DNA of 64,000 nt from Lachnospiraceae bacterium UBA2864. Its GTDB lineage: Bacteria; Bacillota; Clostridia; Lachnospirales; Lachnospiraceae. Within the stretch, counting starts at the first letter, position 1, and the number at the start of each line of letters is the position of its first letter. The notes beneath the pieces are model-generated. The model had not been told where the DNA came from, made no database searches, and saw nothing but the letters and a program-made list of their open reading frames with translations. This document shows positions 21,701 through 30,795 of this stretch, one piece after another. A program made the translations under genes and the position numbers. The stretch is from positions 9,995 to 73,994 of the forward strand of contig DEFA01000013.1 of NCBI GenBank assembly GCA_002350525.1, in the 5' to 3' direction.

Positions 21701-22053
21701 GTCTGATCTTACTTAAAAACAAAAAGCACGGCAGAATAGAGGAAACCTATGGAGAAGATTTTGCGAACACAGTCCTGAAGACCATGGGAGAAAGGATAAT
21801 TGAGGTTACGGGACAGACATGTGCTGTTGCGAGAGCCAGGGAGTCTATATTTGCAATACTCACATTTGCTGATTCGGCAGATGAATTAGAGAAACTCGCC
21901 CGTGAGATCGGGGAGAATCTGAGAGGATTAAATGAAGTAGATGGAAACAGCGTGACACTTCGTGTGGATATGGTAACAACTCTGCGTACAGATGAAGGAA
22001 TAACAGATGAAAATATGTATGGAGAAGCACTGGGAAAGCTGGATGCTATTTAA
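18742..22053 (+). CDS. multidomain c-di-GMP phosphodiesterase (PAS - degenerate GGDEF - EAL - PAS - degenerate GGDEF)
   Basis: EAL domain motifs ESLVRW, EITES, MDDFGSGYSSL, AEGVETQ, QGYYYGKP. First GGDEF site reads RISDDHF and the C-terminal one reads RARESIF, so both are degenerate. Confidence 0.85.
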   Translation: MENSRDRLVNSFSDNMRGGAVIYRASENCELLYANTDMVRLFECDDYDDFMEYTGGNFKGVVNETQYSHVQNEIDIRLSETDSNFGYNFFNIRTKKGNVRHVVNHWTLVNDEQEGRIFYCNVYLRHLHATVSETDLITGLNGRTLFNKYVVGINNKDYATDKDSYAIVYINIVHFKLLNINRGVNEGDRCLKVLADILNQTYEDAYISRISDDHFAVFAKFDGIKVKTDKANVIFRDTYGSRYNVNCKFGIYKFKLAKNLNIETAMSLAKVACDYIKHDPKKDVVVYSEKFAQEVNATEYVIRKIDEAIEKDWIKIYYQPVIRSLTGQLCGMESLVRWEDPNIGFLMPDRFITVLEKEQCIHKLDSYVVDKVCQCLHDRVQNNEPIVPVSVNFSRLDFIMCDMLEVVEAAVEKYDVPRDYIHIEITESMIAKDEELMRDVIHNFREAGYEIWMDDFGSGYSSLTLLKDYKFDMLKLDMRFLNPFTEKSKNIVRATVQMAKDIGIKTLAEGVETQEHLDFLKDIGCERIQGYYYGKPEPIEDMFRHLEEKNVSIERRKWRHFYEVASFNVRATDVPLEVIEDDGENFKTLFMNRPYMEQIFGEVKPDLEEVDRLIYKTNSPLLRKYREFANVVEKSGKTETFYYTENGNILQLTAKEISKSYGHHILKCSLVNITLDKLSDETERMNAKLKEINQLFDGVHVFDLKNNRIVPLVGGGYKYIDKTKLETDNLDEVLDLFIRESVFPLDMDWCRVFLDTSTLKERIESSEKGYITTIFRIKDSTGNYIWKENYIMMIPGTNGQEYLICIKPYEFVISSFKENAMCNDPVYANLWDNFIWYSKIKAFWKDKNRRFIGASRAFLDYYGIKSMNEIVGKNDEDMHWHLDNEPYKNDELDVLNKGIKVENAIGQCIVKGVVHTIICNKMPYYENGEIAGLVGYFEDVDEMLNSVGKKIEFAKIDTVTGLMNARTIVDSMIDYAIQYNNKGHNYGLILLKNKKHGRIEETYGEDFANTVLKTMGERIIEVTGQTCAVARARESIFAILTFADSADELEKLAREIGENLRGLNEVDGNSVTLRVDMVTTLRTDEGITDENMYGEALGKLDAI

Positions 22054-22699
22054 AAGAGCTGATTAATTCCTTCGGATCATCAGCCAGCATAAGAGAACTC
22101 ATGAGGCAGGCGCCGGACGCGCCTGCTTCTTTTATTTTGGGATAGTTTTCTACTGTGATTCCGCCTATGGCGAAGACCGGTATGGATACGGCATTTATCA
22201 CGTCTTTCAGGAAGTCAACTCCGCGGCCGGGAAGTCCCTTCTTGCAGTCGGTATCGAAGATATGTCCTGCAACTATATAATTGCAGCCGAGACTCTCGGC
22301 GAGCAGGGCATCTTCCACACTGTGACAGGAAGCACCGAGGTGGTGAAGTCCTGACAGTAACTGTGCCGCTTCTTCGGGTGAGTTATCTATATATTCCTTT
22401 AGGCGGTGCAGCGGCATATGAAGTCCGTCGGCTGAACATATCAGGGCTGCCTTCGGATGGTTGTGGACAAAAAACTTAGTCCCCGTAGTACAGCAGAGTG
22501 TACTTACACGGAGTGCGAGACTCAGATATTCTTCCTCAGACAGATCCTTCTCACGCAGTATAACAGCATAAGGCGCTGCTTCTGATATGTTCCGTATTTT
22601 CTCGAAAAACACGGATATATCCTCACATAGGGATCTGTTGGTTACACATATGATGTTTCTGTCTTGCTGTAATTGTGCCATTTTGCTCCTTTGGGACAT
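22046..22699 (-). CDS. tenI: ThiE/TenI family protein, most similar to TenI (thiazole tautomerase)
   Basis: GHIFDTDCKKGLPGRGVDFLKDVINAVSIPVFAIGGIT closely matches my recollection of B. subtilis TenI ([32 protein letters not shown]). Last gene of the thi operon. Confidence 0.7.
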   Translation of the reverse strand: MSQRSKMAQLQQDRNIICVTNRSLCEDISVFFEKIRNISEAAPYAVILREKDLSEEEYLSLALRVSTLCCTTGTKFFVHNHPKAALICSADGLHMPLHRLKEYIDNSPEEAAQLLSGLHHLGASCHSVEDALLAESLGCNYIVAGHIFDTDCKKGLPGRGVDFLKDVINAVSIPVFAIGGITVENYPKIKEAGASGACLMSSLMLADDPKELISSFK

Positions 22700-22718
22700 G
22701 TATAGTCGTTAAGATTTT

Positions 22719-23972
22719 TTATACGTACAGATAATCATTCAGAACAGGCTGAAGTCCTTCATCTGTTATATCGCTGTACATTTTATCGAGACTGCGGCTG
22801 TCGCTTATCTCAAACTGCTCGTCACCCTGCTCCGAACCGTCATCCTGTCCGGTGTATTTTGATTCATGATCGCCGATTCCGGTAGATACTCCGGCGGAAA
22901 CCTTCGTGGCGGCAATCTTTACTATACCGTTTCTGAACTCCGCTGTTTCCCTTGAAGATACGGTTATTCCCGCGAAAGGAAGGAAGATACGGTATGCGCA
23001 TATTACCTGGCAGAGCTGCTTCTCATGAACGTCAAGCGGGTTAATCTTATCATTGTTGATGATAGGTCTGAGTCTCGGACATGACAGAGAGATTTCAGCA
23101 TGCGGATATTTCCGCTGCAGATAGTAAGCATGAAGAGCGGTTGCCAGTGCATCCCGTCTGAAGTCGGACAGACCGAGAAGTGCGGAGAAGGCAACTCCCC
23201 TCATTCCGCCCATAAGAGCTCTCTCCTGGGCATCGAATCTGTATGGCCATACACGCTTATGTCCCATAAGGTGAAGAGTCTCATACTTATCCGAATCATA
23301 GGTTTCCTGAAATACGGTTACATAGTCGGCACCGCATTCGTGAAGATACTTGTACTCATCTACATTTACAGGGTAAACCTCAAGTCCGACCAGTCTGAAA
23401 TACTTTCTTGCAAGTTTGCAGGCTTCACCGATATATTCCACATCGCTTGCGGCGCGGCTTTCGCCGGTCAGAAGAAGTATTTCCTCCATACCGCTGTCGG
23501 CGATAACCTTCATCTCGTGTTCAATCTGCTCATATGAAAGCTTCATACGCCTGATCTTGTTATAGCAGTTGAAACCGCAGTATACACAATAATTCTCACA
23601 GTAATTGGCTATATATAAAGGTGTGAAAAGATATACCGTATTTCCGAAATGCTTGCTTGTCTCAAGACGCGCACGCTCGGCCATTTTTTCAAGCAGCGGT
23701 TCTGCGGCGGGAGAGAGGAGTGCTTTGAAGTCCTCAATGGTGCAGTGATTGTGACTAAGGGCGGCCATAACGTCCTTAGCAGTGTACTTTGTGTAGTCGT
23801 AGCTGTTCATCTCATCGATTACATTTTGACGAATGTCGGATTCTATGATATCCATTCCCGGCATGTACTGCATGTGATCGGTCCTGCAGGAAGGGTCGTT
23901 CTCAAGACGATGCTTCTTCTCAAGGGCTGCCGGTGATAATTCATCCGAGTCTACCAAAAAAATATTTTCCAT
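22719..23972 (-). CDS. thiH: 2-iminoacetate synthase ThiH (radical SAM tyrosine lyase)
   Basis: CENYCVYCGF radical-SAM motif and ThiH-like C-terminus (EQFEISDSRS) without the extra C-terminal Cys motif of HydG. AAGGAGG RBS upstream. Confidence 0.9.
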   Translation of the reverse strand: MENIFLVDSDELSPAALEKKHRLENDPSCRTDHMQYMPGMDIIESDIRQNVIDEMNSYDYTKYTAKDVMAALSHNHCTIEDFKALLSPAAEPLLEKMAERARLETSKHFGNTVYLFTPLYIANYCENYCVYCGFNCYNKIRRMKLSYEQIEHEMKVIADSGMEEILLLTGESRAASDVEYIGEACKLARKYFRLVGLEVYPVNVDEYKYLHECGADYVTVFQETYDSDKYETLHLMGHKRVWPYRFDAQERALMGGMRGVAFSALLGLSDFRRDALATALHAYYLQRKYPHAEISLSCPRLRPIINNDKINPLDVHEKQLCQVICAYRIFLPFAGITVSSRETAEFRNGIVKIAATKVSAGVSTGIGDHESKYTGQDDGSEQGDEQFEISDSRSLDKMYSDITDEGLQPVLNDYLYV

Positions 23973-24000
23973 TATAATTAATCCTCCTTAATCCGCAGCC

Positions 24001-24768
24001 TTAGTCTCTAAGGAATCCTGTAAGAGGATCGGATGCGGAAGCACCTCTTGTAAGTACTCGGCCGAGTCCCGAAAGGTATGCTTTACGTCCTGCGGAAATA
24101 GCTTCGCGGAAAGCGGATGCCATAAGAGGAAGGTCTCCGGCTGTTGCAAGAGCTGTATTTGCCATAACTGCGGCGCAGCCCATTTCCATGGCTTCACAGG
24201 CCTGAGAAGGTCTTCCGATACCTGCATCTACTATGATCGGAAGAGATATCTCATCGATGAGTATCTGTATGAATTCTTTGGTTGCAAGACCTTTGTTTGA
24301 ACCGATAGGTGATGCAAGCGGCATGATGGAAGCGGCACCTGCATTCATAAGGTCTCTTGCGGCATTAAGATCAGGATACATATAAGGCATTACCACAAAA
24401 CCTTCCTTTGCAAGGGTTTCTGTAGCTTTTATGGTTTCCTGATTATCAGGAAGAAGATACTTTGAGTCACGCATGATCTCGATCTTTACGAAGTTACCGC
24501 AGCCCAGCTCTCTGGCAAGACGGGCTATCCTTACAGCTTCCTCTGCGGTTCTTGCACCGCTTGTGTTAGGAAGAAGAGTTACTCCCTCCGGAATGTAATC
24601 GAGAATATTCTCCTGATCCTTGGTATTGGTACGGCGTACGGCCAAAGTAATAAGTTCTGCGCCTGCGTCACGTACAGCTGCCTCTATAAGTTTCATTGAG
24701 TATTTTCCTGATCCGAGTATAAAACGTGAGGTGAATTCTTTTCCACCTATTACTAATTTATCGTCCAT
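24001..24768 (-). CDS. thiG: thiazole synthase ThiG
   Basis: Full-length match to the ThiG pattern ([12 protein letters not shown].., [30 protein letters not shown]). Confidence 0.95.
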   Translation of the reverse strand: MDDKLVIGGKEFTSRFILGSGKYSMKLIEAAVRDAGAELITLAVRRTNTKDQENILDYIPEGVTLLPNTSGARTAEEAVRIARLARELGCGNFVKIEIMRDSKYLLPDNQETIKATETLAKEGFVVMPYMYPDLNAARDLMNAGAASIMPLASPIGSNKGLATKEFIQILIDEISLPIIVDAGIGRPSQACEAMEMGCAAVMANTALATAGDLPLMASAFREAISAGRKAYLSGLGRVLTRGASASDPLTGFLRD

Positions 24769-24832
24769 TATCTTTGTTCCTTTCAGTATCTGATTGGTTT
24801 ATATTTATTTAGAGTTCCGGGTTTCGGAACTG

Positions 24833-25495
24833 TTACGGTTCCGTTTCTCCCAAGAGAATTCTGAGAACCATATGAGCTTCATGTGCGGCACAGGCCATAA
24901 CTCTTGCGGACACGAGCCCGATTCCGTCATTCACGTCGCTTACACCGTCACCGCTTATGTACAGTCTTTTTGTAACATGCTTTGTTTGTATGGTATTAGC
25001 ACTTCCGAAGCCGGCCATTCCGGAGCCTGATAAGATGTACTTATCCGGGAAGTTTTCCAGTACATAGTTTACGAGCATGGCTTTCATATCAGCCTTATCG
25101 AAGGCTTCGCAGATAATATCGGCATCCTTAAGAATCTCGTGCATGTTATCTTCATCCAGCTTTACGGTGTGGGTTATAAGCTCTGTATAAGGGCTTATCT
25201 CACGCAGATTTCCTGCAAGAGCTTCAGTCTTATACATTCCGATCTGGCTTGCTTTATACTGCTGGCGGTGAAGATTGGTTATATCTACCTTATCAAAGTC
25301 TATCAGGATGAGACGTCCGATGCCGGCTCTGGTAAGAGCTATGGAAATATTGGAACCAAGTCCTCCGAGTCCGCATACAGCAACAGCTGCGTCTGTAAAA
25401 GCTTTCTGCCGTTCGGCACCGTGCCGCTCGGTAAGTGCCTGAAGCCATTCTTCACGGCTCGGTATATTGAGAGATTTTTTATCTGCATCTGTCAT
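24833..25495 (-). CDS. thiF: sulfur carrier protein ThiS adenylyltransferase ThiF
   Basis: E1-like Rossmann motif VCGLGGLGSNI. ATG at 25495 overlaps the thiS stop (TGATATG). Confidence 0.85.
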   Translation of the reverse strand: MTDADKKSLNIPSREEWLQALTERHGAERQKAFTDAAVAVCGLGGLGSNISIALTRAGIGRLILIDFDKVDITNLHRQQYKASQIGMYKTEALAGNLREISPYTELITHTVKLDEDNMHEILKDADIICEAFDKADMKAMLVNYVLENFPDKYILSGSGMAGFGSANTIQTKHVTKRLYISGDGVSDVNDGIGLVSARVMACAAHEAHMVLRILLGETEP

Positions 25496-25496
25496 A

Positions 25497-25691
25497 TCAG
25501 CCACCACCCACAAAACTGACAACTTCCATAACATCGCCATCGTTTAGAATTGTAGATTCATAAGTGGCTTTTGGAACTATCTCGCCGTTTATCTCAACAG
25601 CGACACGTTTCTCCGAGTAGCCCTCATGTTCAAGAGCTTCCTGAACACTGCGTCCGGAGAAATCTACGAATTCACCGTTTATCTTTACCAT
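25497..25691 (-). CDS. thiS: sulfur carrier protein ThiS
   Basis: 64 aa ending in the diagnostic C-terminal GG (..VSFVGGG*). GGAGGTG RBS upstream of ATG 25691. Confidence 0.9.
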   Translation of the reverse strand: MVKINGEFVDFSGRSVQEALEHEGYSEKRVAVEINGEIVPKATYESTILNDGDVMEVVSFVGGG

Positions 25692-25802
25692 ACGCACCTC
25701 CATAATATTTTTTTGTTCGCATTACGCTCTGTTACATAAATGCCAAAGCGTAATACGTATGAATTACATATGCATCGCATATGATGGCACCTGCTCGCTT
25801 AA

Positions 25803-25839
25803 CGCACAAAAAGCTGCCCGATTGATTCGGACAGCTTCC
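25803..25839 (-). terminator. riboswitch expression-platform terminator
   Basis: Minus strand reads ggaagctgtccgaatcaatcgggcagctt followed by tttgtgcg. It lies between the TPP aptamer and thiS. Confidence 0.8.
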
Positions 25840-25857
25840 ATGACGTTTCAAATATGA

Positions 25858-25945
25858 TTCATCCCTACGTTGGCATTATCCAAATCAGGTTAACGGGTCG
25901 AAGGTCGAACCTTCCTCTCAGCCGATTTATCGGCTCCCCTCTTTA
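25858..25945 (-). promoter_or_regulatory. TPP (THI-box) riboswitch aptamer
   Basis: Minus strand reads ..GGGGAGCcgataaatcgGCTGAGAgg...cgttAACCTGATttGGATAATGCCaacgtAGGGA. This matches the conserved THI-box cores (GGGG.GC, CTGAGA, ACCTGAT.TGGATAATGCCA, AGGGA). Confidence 0.92.
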
Positions 25946-26150
25946 ATTGCGGCTCTAATTGTAGTCTTTTATTCGGAGTTAGTCAATGGGGAAATACCAT
26001 GGACTCTATTTTCTATTATCGCGACAAAACATCAACTGTTCACGACATTTTCTATGTAATCTGTATTTTCTATGGTAATATATACGATGAAAAGAGCAAC
26101 CGCTCTGGAACAGTTTATCTACAATTGGAAAAGAAACGGAGGATTTGAAA

Positions 26151-26339
26151 ATGAAAAAAGACAAGAGATTTGAAGTGGTTTTGGAAGAAGGAAGTTCTTT
26201 AACTGATGAAGGAATCAAAAGAATTCTGGTTGATAAGGTGACGGGAGTTCATTATCTTGCATGGAAGTCAGGATATGCGGGAGGAATCACACCGCTTCTG
26301 GACTCGGAAGGAAAGGCAGTTGTAGAAAAGGACGTATAA
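26151..26339 (+). CDS. small conserved hypothetical protein (DUF6440-like)
   Basis: GGAGG lies 8 nt upstream of ATG 26151. The pattern KRFEVV..IxVDKxTGVxYL..GYxGGxTPLLDxxGK resembles small DUF6440 proteins; this is from memory, not searched. Confidence 0.55.
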   Translation: MKKDKRFEVVLEEGSSLTDEGIKRILVDKVTGVHYLAWKSGYAGGITPLLDSEGKAVVEKDV

Positions 26340-26350
26340 AGTTTTTTAGG

Positions 26351-26378
26351 AGATCGGGGTTCCCGATCTTCTTTTTTG
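26351..26378 (+). terminator. rho-independent terminator
   Basis: agatcggg / cccgatct stem followed by tcttttttg. Confidence 0.8.
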
Positions 26379-26508
26379 CGGTTTTCACTTGACAACATCC
26401 TTTAATAGAATCAAAATATTTGAATTGTAAAAAGAAAGTATGAGAACGGAGTTGCAGATAATTGCGATTCAATGGTTGCAGAGTGTGAAGAAACCGAAAA
26501 AAGGGCAT

Positions 26509-27621
26509 AGGATGAAAGATTCACAAAGTGATAAAAAGATGAGAGATCCCGGTATCGAACTGCTTAGGATAATCATGTTGCTTCAGATAGTATTTCTGCA
26601 TGTATCGGACTACGGCGGCTTCTCTAAAATAGCGAACCAACTTGGCGGAGACAGGGAGCTGACATTCTGGCTCATATGGCTGATGTGCAGATGTCCTGTT
26701 TTCGTTTTTATAGTGATAATGGGATATTATATGTGTGAATCCAGATCAGGATTCAATAAGAAAAGGCTGCTTAAGTGTTATCTGCCGATGCTCTTTTATT
26801 CTGTTGCCATACCGGTTATATATGGGATAGTATATCCGAAGAGTATTACGGGGGCGGATTATATCAGGGGATTTTTCCCGTTCTTATCCAGAACCTGGTA
26901 CTTTATGACGTTGTACATTTTGGTACTGATGCTATCACCGTTCCTGAATAAAATGATCGAGAAGCTTTCACGGAAAGAATTCCTATGGCTGCTGGCGATA
27001 ATCTTTTTTGTGTTTTCTGTATGGCAGCCGCTGACCATGCTGGAGCCCTTCCAAGAGATAGTAAGCCTTAAAAAGGTTGTTGAAACCGTGGGCGGTAAGA
27101 GTCTTTACGGATTTATATACATGTATCTGCTGGGAGCCTATATGAGGAAATATCATTTCCTTAAGTTCCATGAAGAGGATAAAGGATTTCTGGGCAGTAA
27201 ATGGATGTATCTGATAACATATATCATGCTGGGACTGATAAATACAGTGTTGGTATACTTCTATCCGGATGAAAATATAAAACAGGTCATAGTATATAAT
27301 GATAATCCGCTGGTCATACTTCAATGCGTGTGCATATTCAGATTCTTCGAGAAAACCGATCTGACAAGGTTCAGTCGTGCAGGCAGAGTGATAAATATGA
27401 TAAGCGCAGGGAATATGGGGATTTACATGCTTCACGAACATCCTCTTATGCGTGATGTGATCTGGAAACGTATATTTGATATCAATAATGTTCAGTTCTA
27501 CACGAGAAAAGATTATCTGCTTAGGATATTGCTGATCATCATAATAATCTATGCGGCATGCTGGATAATTGACAGAATAGTTAATATAATTCCGAAAATA
27601 ATATCAAAACGAAAAGGATAG
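26509..27621 (+). CDS. acyltransferase family 3 membrane protein
   Basis: N-terminal GIELLRIIMLLQIVFLHV signature and about 10 TM helices. Start chosen at the ATG before MKDSQSDKK and is uncertain. Confidence 0.75.
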   Translation, partial: RMKDSQSDKKMRDPGIELLRIIMLLQIVFLHVSDYGGFSKIANQLGGDRELTFWLIWLMCRCPVFVFIVIMGYYMCESRSGFNKKRLLKCYLPMLFYSVAIPVIYGIVYPKSITGADYIRGFFPFLSRTWYFMTLYILVLMLSPFLNKMIEKLSRKEFLWLLAIIFFVFSVWQPLTMLEPFQEIVSLKKVVETVGGKSLYGFIYMYLLGAYMRKYHFLKFHEEDKGFLGSKWMYLITYIMLGLINTVLVYFYPDENIKQVIVYNDNPLVILQCVCIFRFFEKTDLTRFSRAGRVINMISAGNMGIYMLHEHPLMRDVIWKRIFDINNVQFYTRKDYLLRILLIIIIIYAACWIIDRIVNIIPKIISKRKG

Positions 27622-27629
27622 AGCATATA

Positions 27630-28301
27630 ATGAGTAATAGATTAAAAACTTCCGCGCCGATTACTACTATTGTATTCGACATGGACGGAACAGTATTAAA
27701 TACCTTGGAAGATCTTACCGCATCAATGAATTATGTTTTGGAAAGGTTTGGAATGCCCGGACATACGCTTGAAGAATATCGTCTGTTCTTCGGGAACGGA
27801 GCGAAGGAAGCTCTGAGGCTTTCACTTCCGGAGGGAACATCACCTGCTATACTGGACGATATGATGCCGGTATTTAAGGAACATTACGATGCACACTGCC
27901 TCGATAAGACAGGTCCGTATGACGGGATCATTGACTTAATGAAGGAACTGAAGAAGAGAGGCTATAAGATGGCCATCGTATCCAATAAGATAGATTCTGC
28001 GGTAAAGGAGCTTCATCAGAGATTCTTTGCGGATTCGGTGGATGTGGCTCTCGGTGAGAAGCCGGGAATTAACAGAAAGCCTGCTCCGGATATGGTGGAG
28101 GCAGCACTTGAAGAATTGGGAAGCACTAAAGAAGAATCGGTTTATATCGGAGATTCGGAAGTGGACTTCCTTACAGCGAAGAATTCCGGCCTGCCATGCA
28201 TATCGGTTTTGTGGGGCTTCAGGGATAAGGACTATCTCATAGAGCAGGGAGCATACTGCTTTGCGGATAATCCTTCGGATATTATAGATATTCTCAGCTG
28301 A
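27630..28301 (+). CDS. HAD-superfamily hydrolase (phosphoglycolate phosphatase-like)
   Basis: Motif I FDMDGTVLNT, motif II VSNK, motif IV GDSEVD. Confidence 0.85.
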   Translation: MSNRLKTSAPITTIVFDMDGTVLNTLEDLTASMNYVLERFGMPGHTLEEYRLFFGNGAKEALRLSLPEGTSPAILDDMMPVFKEHYDAHCLDKTGPYDGIIDLMKELKKRGYKMAIVSNKIDSAVKELHQRFFADSVDVALGEKPGINRKPAPDMVEAALEELGSTKEESVYIGDSEVDFLTAKNSGLPCISVLWGFRDKDYLIEQGAYCFADNPSDIIDILS

Positions 28302-28338
28302 GATTATTCAACATTACATGATTATGACTTATATTTTG

Positions 28339-28372
28339 CCTGATTCGGTATCGCCCGGATCAGGTTTTTTCT
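28339..28372 (+). terminator. rho-independent terminator
   Basis: 10-bp stem cctgattcgg / cccggatcagg-type pairing followed by tttttt. Confidence 0.8.
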
Positions 28373-28550
28373 TTATAGGAACCTGTGTTTCCGGCGAAGT
28401 GAAATGCCTGAAACCCCCTAAAACAGGCAGTGTTACGGAAAGTAACAGCCCTGTTACAGCCCGTCTCTTGTGTGTTACGAGGACTTTGACATAAGCTTGG
28501 ACCATCAGATGACAGCAACATGTCACAGAAAATATAAGGAGGTCATGATT

Positions 28551-29159
28551 ATGACAAAGAAATCAAAATTATTTATCACAATCACGGGAATGGTAGTTAT
28601 GTTAACCGGGTGTGGAGTGAAAGAAAAACAAGCGGACCGGGTAGGAGTAGCACCAACCATAAGGGCAACAGAGGCTACAACTACCATGATAGATCCGAAA
28701 GATGAGGACATGACTGAAGAAGATGAAGTAACTGCACCGGGCATTGATTCGGAAACAGCTTCTGAAATTGACTGGAACAGCATACTTAAGAACCTTGAAT
28801 CAGCAGATCTGTCAGATGTTGGGTTTTACATCGATATTGAAGATGCAAAGAATACGGCAGAGAAAATGGACTTTGTGTTATTTACGAATTATGAGAAGGA
28901 TTTCAGTTCCGTAGATAAACAGATACTTATCAACTATGGTATTGCATTAAAACCTGATTCAGAAGACGAAGAGTACTACGACGATCCGGTATATTCCATT
29001 AATATTATGAATAACAGTGATCCGGATGATTGCTATTATGGAATATATTCAGATGATGGTGAATGTCTGTTTGAAGAAGGAAACTGGAGCCTTACGGAAG
29101 ATAAGGATACTGAAACAGCGGAGTGGCTTGAGTCATTAGGCGAAGCCATGGTAAAATAG
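28551..29159 (+). CDS. hypothetical acidic lipoprotein
   Basis: AAGGAGG RBS. Lipobox MVVMLTGCGVKE. Asp/Glu-rich mature region. Confidence 0.6.
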   Translation: MTKKSKLFITITGMVVMLTGCGVKEKQADRVGVAPTIRATEATTTMIDPKDEDMTEEDEVTAPGIDSETASEIDWNSILKNLESADLSDVGFYIDIEDAKNTAEKMDFVLFTNYEKDFSSVDKQILINYGIALKPDSEDEEYYDDPVYSINIMNNSDPDDCYYGIYSDDGECLFEEGNWSLTEDKDTETAEWLESLGEAMVK

Positions 29160-29279
29160 GTATCGGTTTTTGAAAAATCGATGCTCCTGGGCAAAGCGAA
29201 GGATTCCTGCACGAGCAGAGTGAAGTGCAGAACATACGCGAAGCGATTATAGAACAATAACAAAAGGAGGAAGTGAAAT

Positions 29280-29855
29280 ATGACGTTTGGAGAAAAACTT
29301 AGGGAAGCAAGAAAAGCAGCAGGGCTCTCTCAGGAGCAGTTTGCGGAGAAAATGAGTGTATCAAGATCGGCAGTTGCAAAGTGGGAATCTGACAAGGGAC
29401 TGCCGGATGTAAATAATCTTAAGGTTATGGCACAGCTTCTGGGTGTAACTATAGATTATCTTCTGGATGATGAGGAGAAGCTGAATCTGTCGGAAACCAA
29501 AGAACCGATAGATCTTGAAGCCTTTGAGAAGACGGGTAAGGCCAGAGATAAGAAGGATGCAGCGGTACTGGCTAAGTTCCCGAATGCGGATGCTGTCTAT
29601 CCTCTTATCAGACAAAAGAAGATGAGTAAGAAGGAAGCTCTTTTAGATTTCATAGTACTGCCGGGAGTGGTTCAGACGCTCGACTATATGAATAATTCAG
29701 ATGGTTATTATCTGGTAGAGCAGGGCGGAAGACAGTATCTTGTAAGGGTGTCAAAGGACTTTATCACAACGACCGAGCTTGCACAGCATGTTGATACGAA
29801 GAAGTTTACAATAGATAATAATGTATTTAAGAGAGCGGTGTATCAGCTGATCTAA
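29280..29855 (+). CDS. XRE family transcriptional regulator
   Basis: HTH_3 signature FGEKLREARKAAGLSQEQFAEKMSVSRSAVAKWESDKGLP, plus a roughly 120-aa C-terminal domain of unknown function. Confidence 0.85.
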   Translation: MTFGEKLREARKAAGLSQEQFAEKMSVSRSAVAKWESDKGLPDVNNLKVMAQLLGVTIDYLLDDEEKLNLSETKEPIDLEAFEKTGKARDKKDAAVLAKFPNADAVYPLIRQKKMSKKEALLDFIVLPGVVQTLDYMNNSDGYYLVEQGGRQYLVRVSKDFITTTELAQHVDTKKFTIDNNVFKRAVYQLI

Positions 29856-29931
29856 ATAAACAATGTGACTTTAGTCACATCGGAAATGTATCTTTTCTCA
29901 CTACAAAAGAATAATCGTAATTCATATAATG

Positions 29932-29977
29932 AGTGTGTCAGATGGAGATAGACTTTATCGACACACTCGTTTTTTGT
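29932..29977 (+). terminator. rho-independent terminator
   Basis: gagtgtgtc (29932-29940) pairs with gacacactc (29961-29969), followed by gttttttg. Confidence 0.75.
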
Positions 29978-30014
29978 TAAGAATAAAACAGATGTTTTGA
30001 AGAATGGAGAGACT

Positions 30015-30767
30015 ATGGGAACAATATTAAAGCTGAATGAGCTGACAAAGAAATACGGCAACAAGGTTGTTGTGGATAATCTCAATATAGAGATAGAGGA
30101 AGGAGAAGTGTTCGGACTTCTCGGACCGAACGGTGCGGGTAAAAGTACCACAATGAATATGGTATGTGACCTGGTAAAGCCTACCCTCGGAAATGTAGAG
30201 TTTTTCGGAAAGGATTTCCAAAAGAATCGTAAGGAACTGGTCGATAAGCTGGGATATATCCCACAGGACCTTGCTATACACGGTAATCTGAAGGCCTGGG
30301 AAAATGTCGAGCTCTTCACTTCACTTTACGGAATCAAGGGTGCTGAGCTGAAGAAGAGGATTGATGAAAGTCTTGAATATGTCGGCCTGCTCGACAGGAG
30401 AAATGATTTTGCCAAGACATTTTCCGGAGGTATGAAGAGACGACTTAATATCGCCTGTGCCATAGGCCATCATCCAAAGCTTCTTATCTTTGATGAGCCG
30501 ACAGTCGGTATCGATCCGCAGTCAAGAAACTTCATTCTGGATAAGATAAAGGAATCCAACGAGAACGGAGCGACTATCATTTACACCAGTCATTATATGG
30601 AAGAGGTTGAAGCAATCTGCAGCAGGATAGCTATTATGGATAACGGTAAGGTTATTGCAACCGGTACGAGTGAAGAGCTTAAGAAGATGGTTGTAGAAGA
30701 TACATCGACCATTACACTTGAGGAAGTATTCCTCACACTTACAGGAAAGAAACTCAGAGACTATTAA
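30015..30767 (+). CDS. ABC transporter ATP-binding protein
   Basis: Walker A GPNGAGKST, signature FSGGMKRRL, Walker B LLIFDEPTVGID. Confidence 0.9.
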   Translation: MGTILKLNELTKKYGNKVVVDNLNIEIEEGEVFGLLGPNGAGKSTTMNMVCDLVKPTLGNVEFFGKDFQKNRKELVDKLGYIPQDLAIHGNLKAWENVELFTSLYGIKGAELKKRIDESLEYVGLLDRRNDFAKTFSGGMKRRLNIACAIGHHPKLLIFDEPTVGIDPQSRNFILDKIKESNENGATIIYTSHYMEEVEAICSRIAIMDNGKVIATGTSEELKKMVVEDTSTITLEEVFLTLTGKKLRDY

Positions 30768-30795
30768 ATGCATGTGACAGGGCAAGGAGATTACT

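Noticed and set aside
22719-23972. ThiH considered as the missing HydG for the nearby hydF/hydE
   Set aside because: It is embedded in the TPP-riboswitch thi operon between thiG and the tenI-like gene, and has a ThiH-like C-terminus without the extra C-terminal Cys cluster motif characteristic of HydG.
29866-29890. Palindrome aatgtgacTTTAgtcacatc after the XRE gene, considered as an operator
   Set aside because: It is a single short inverted repeat located downstream of the regulator gene and upstream of its terminator, with no second copy near the ABC promoter. Support is insufficient.
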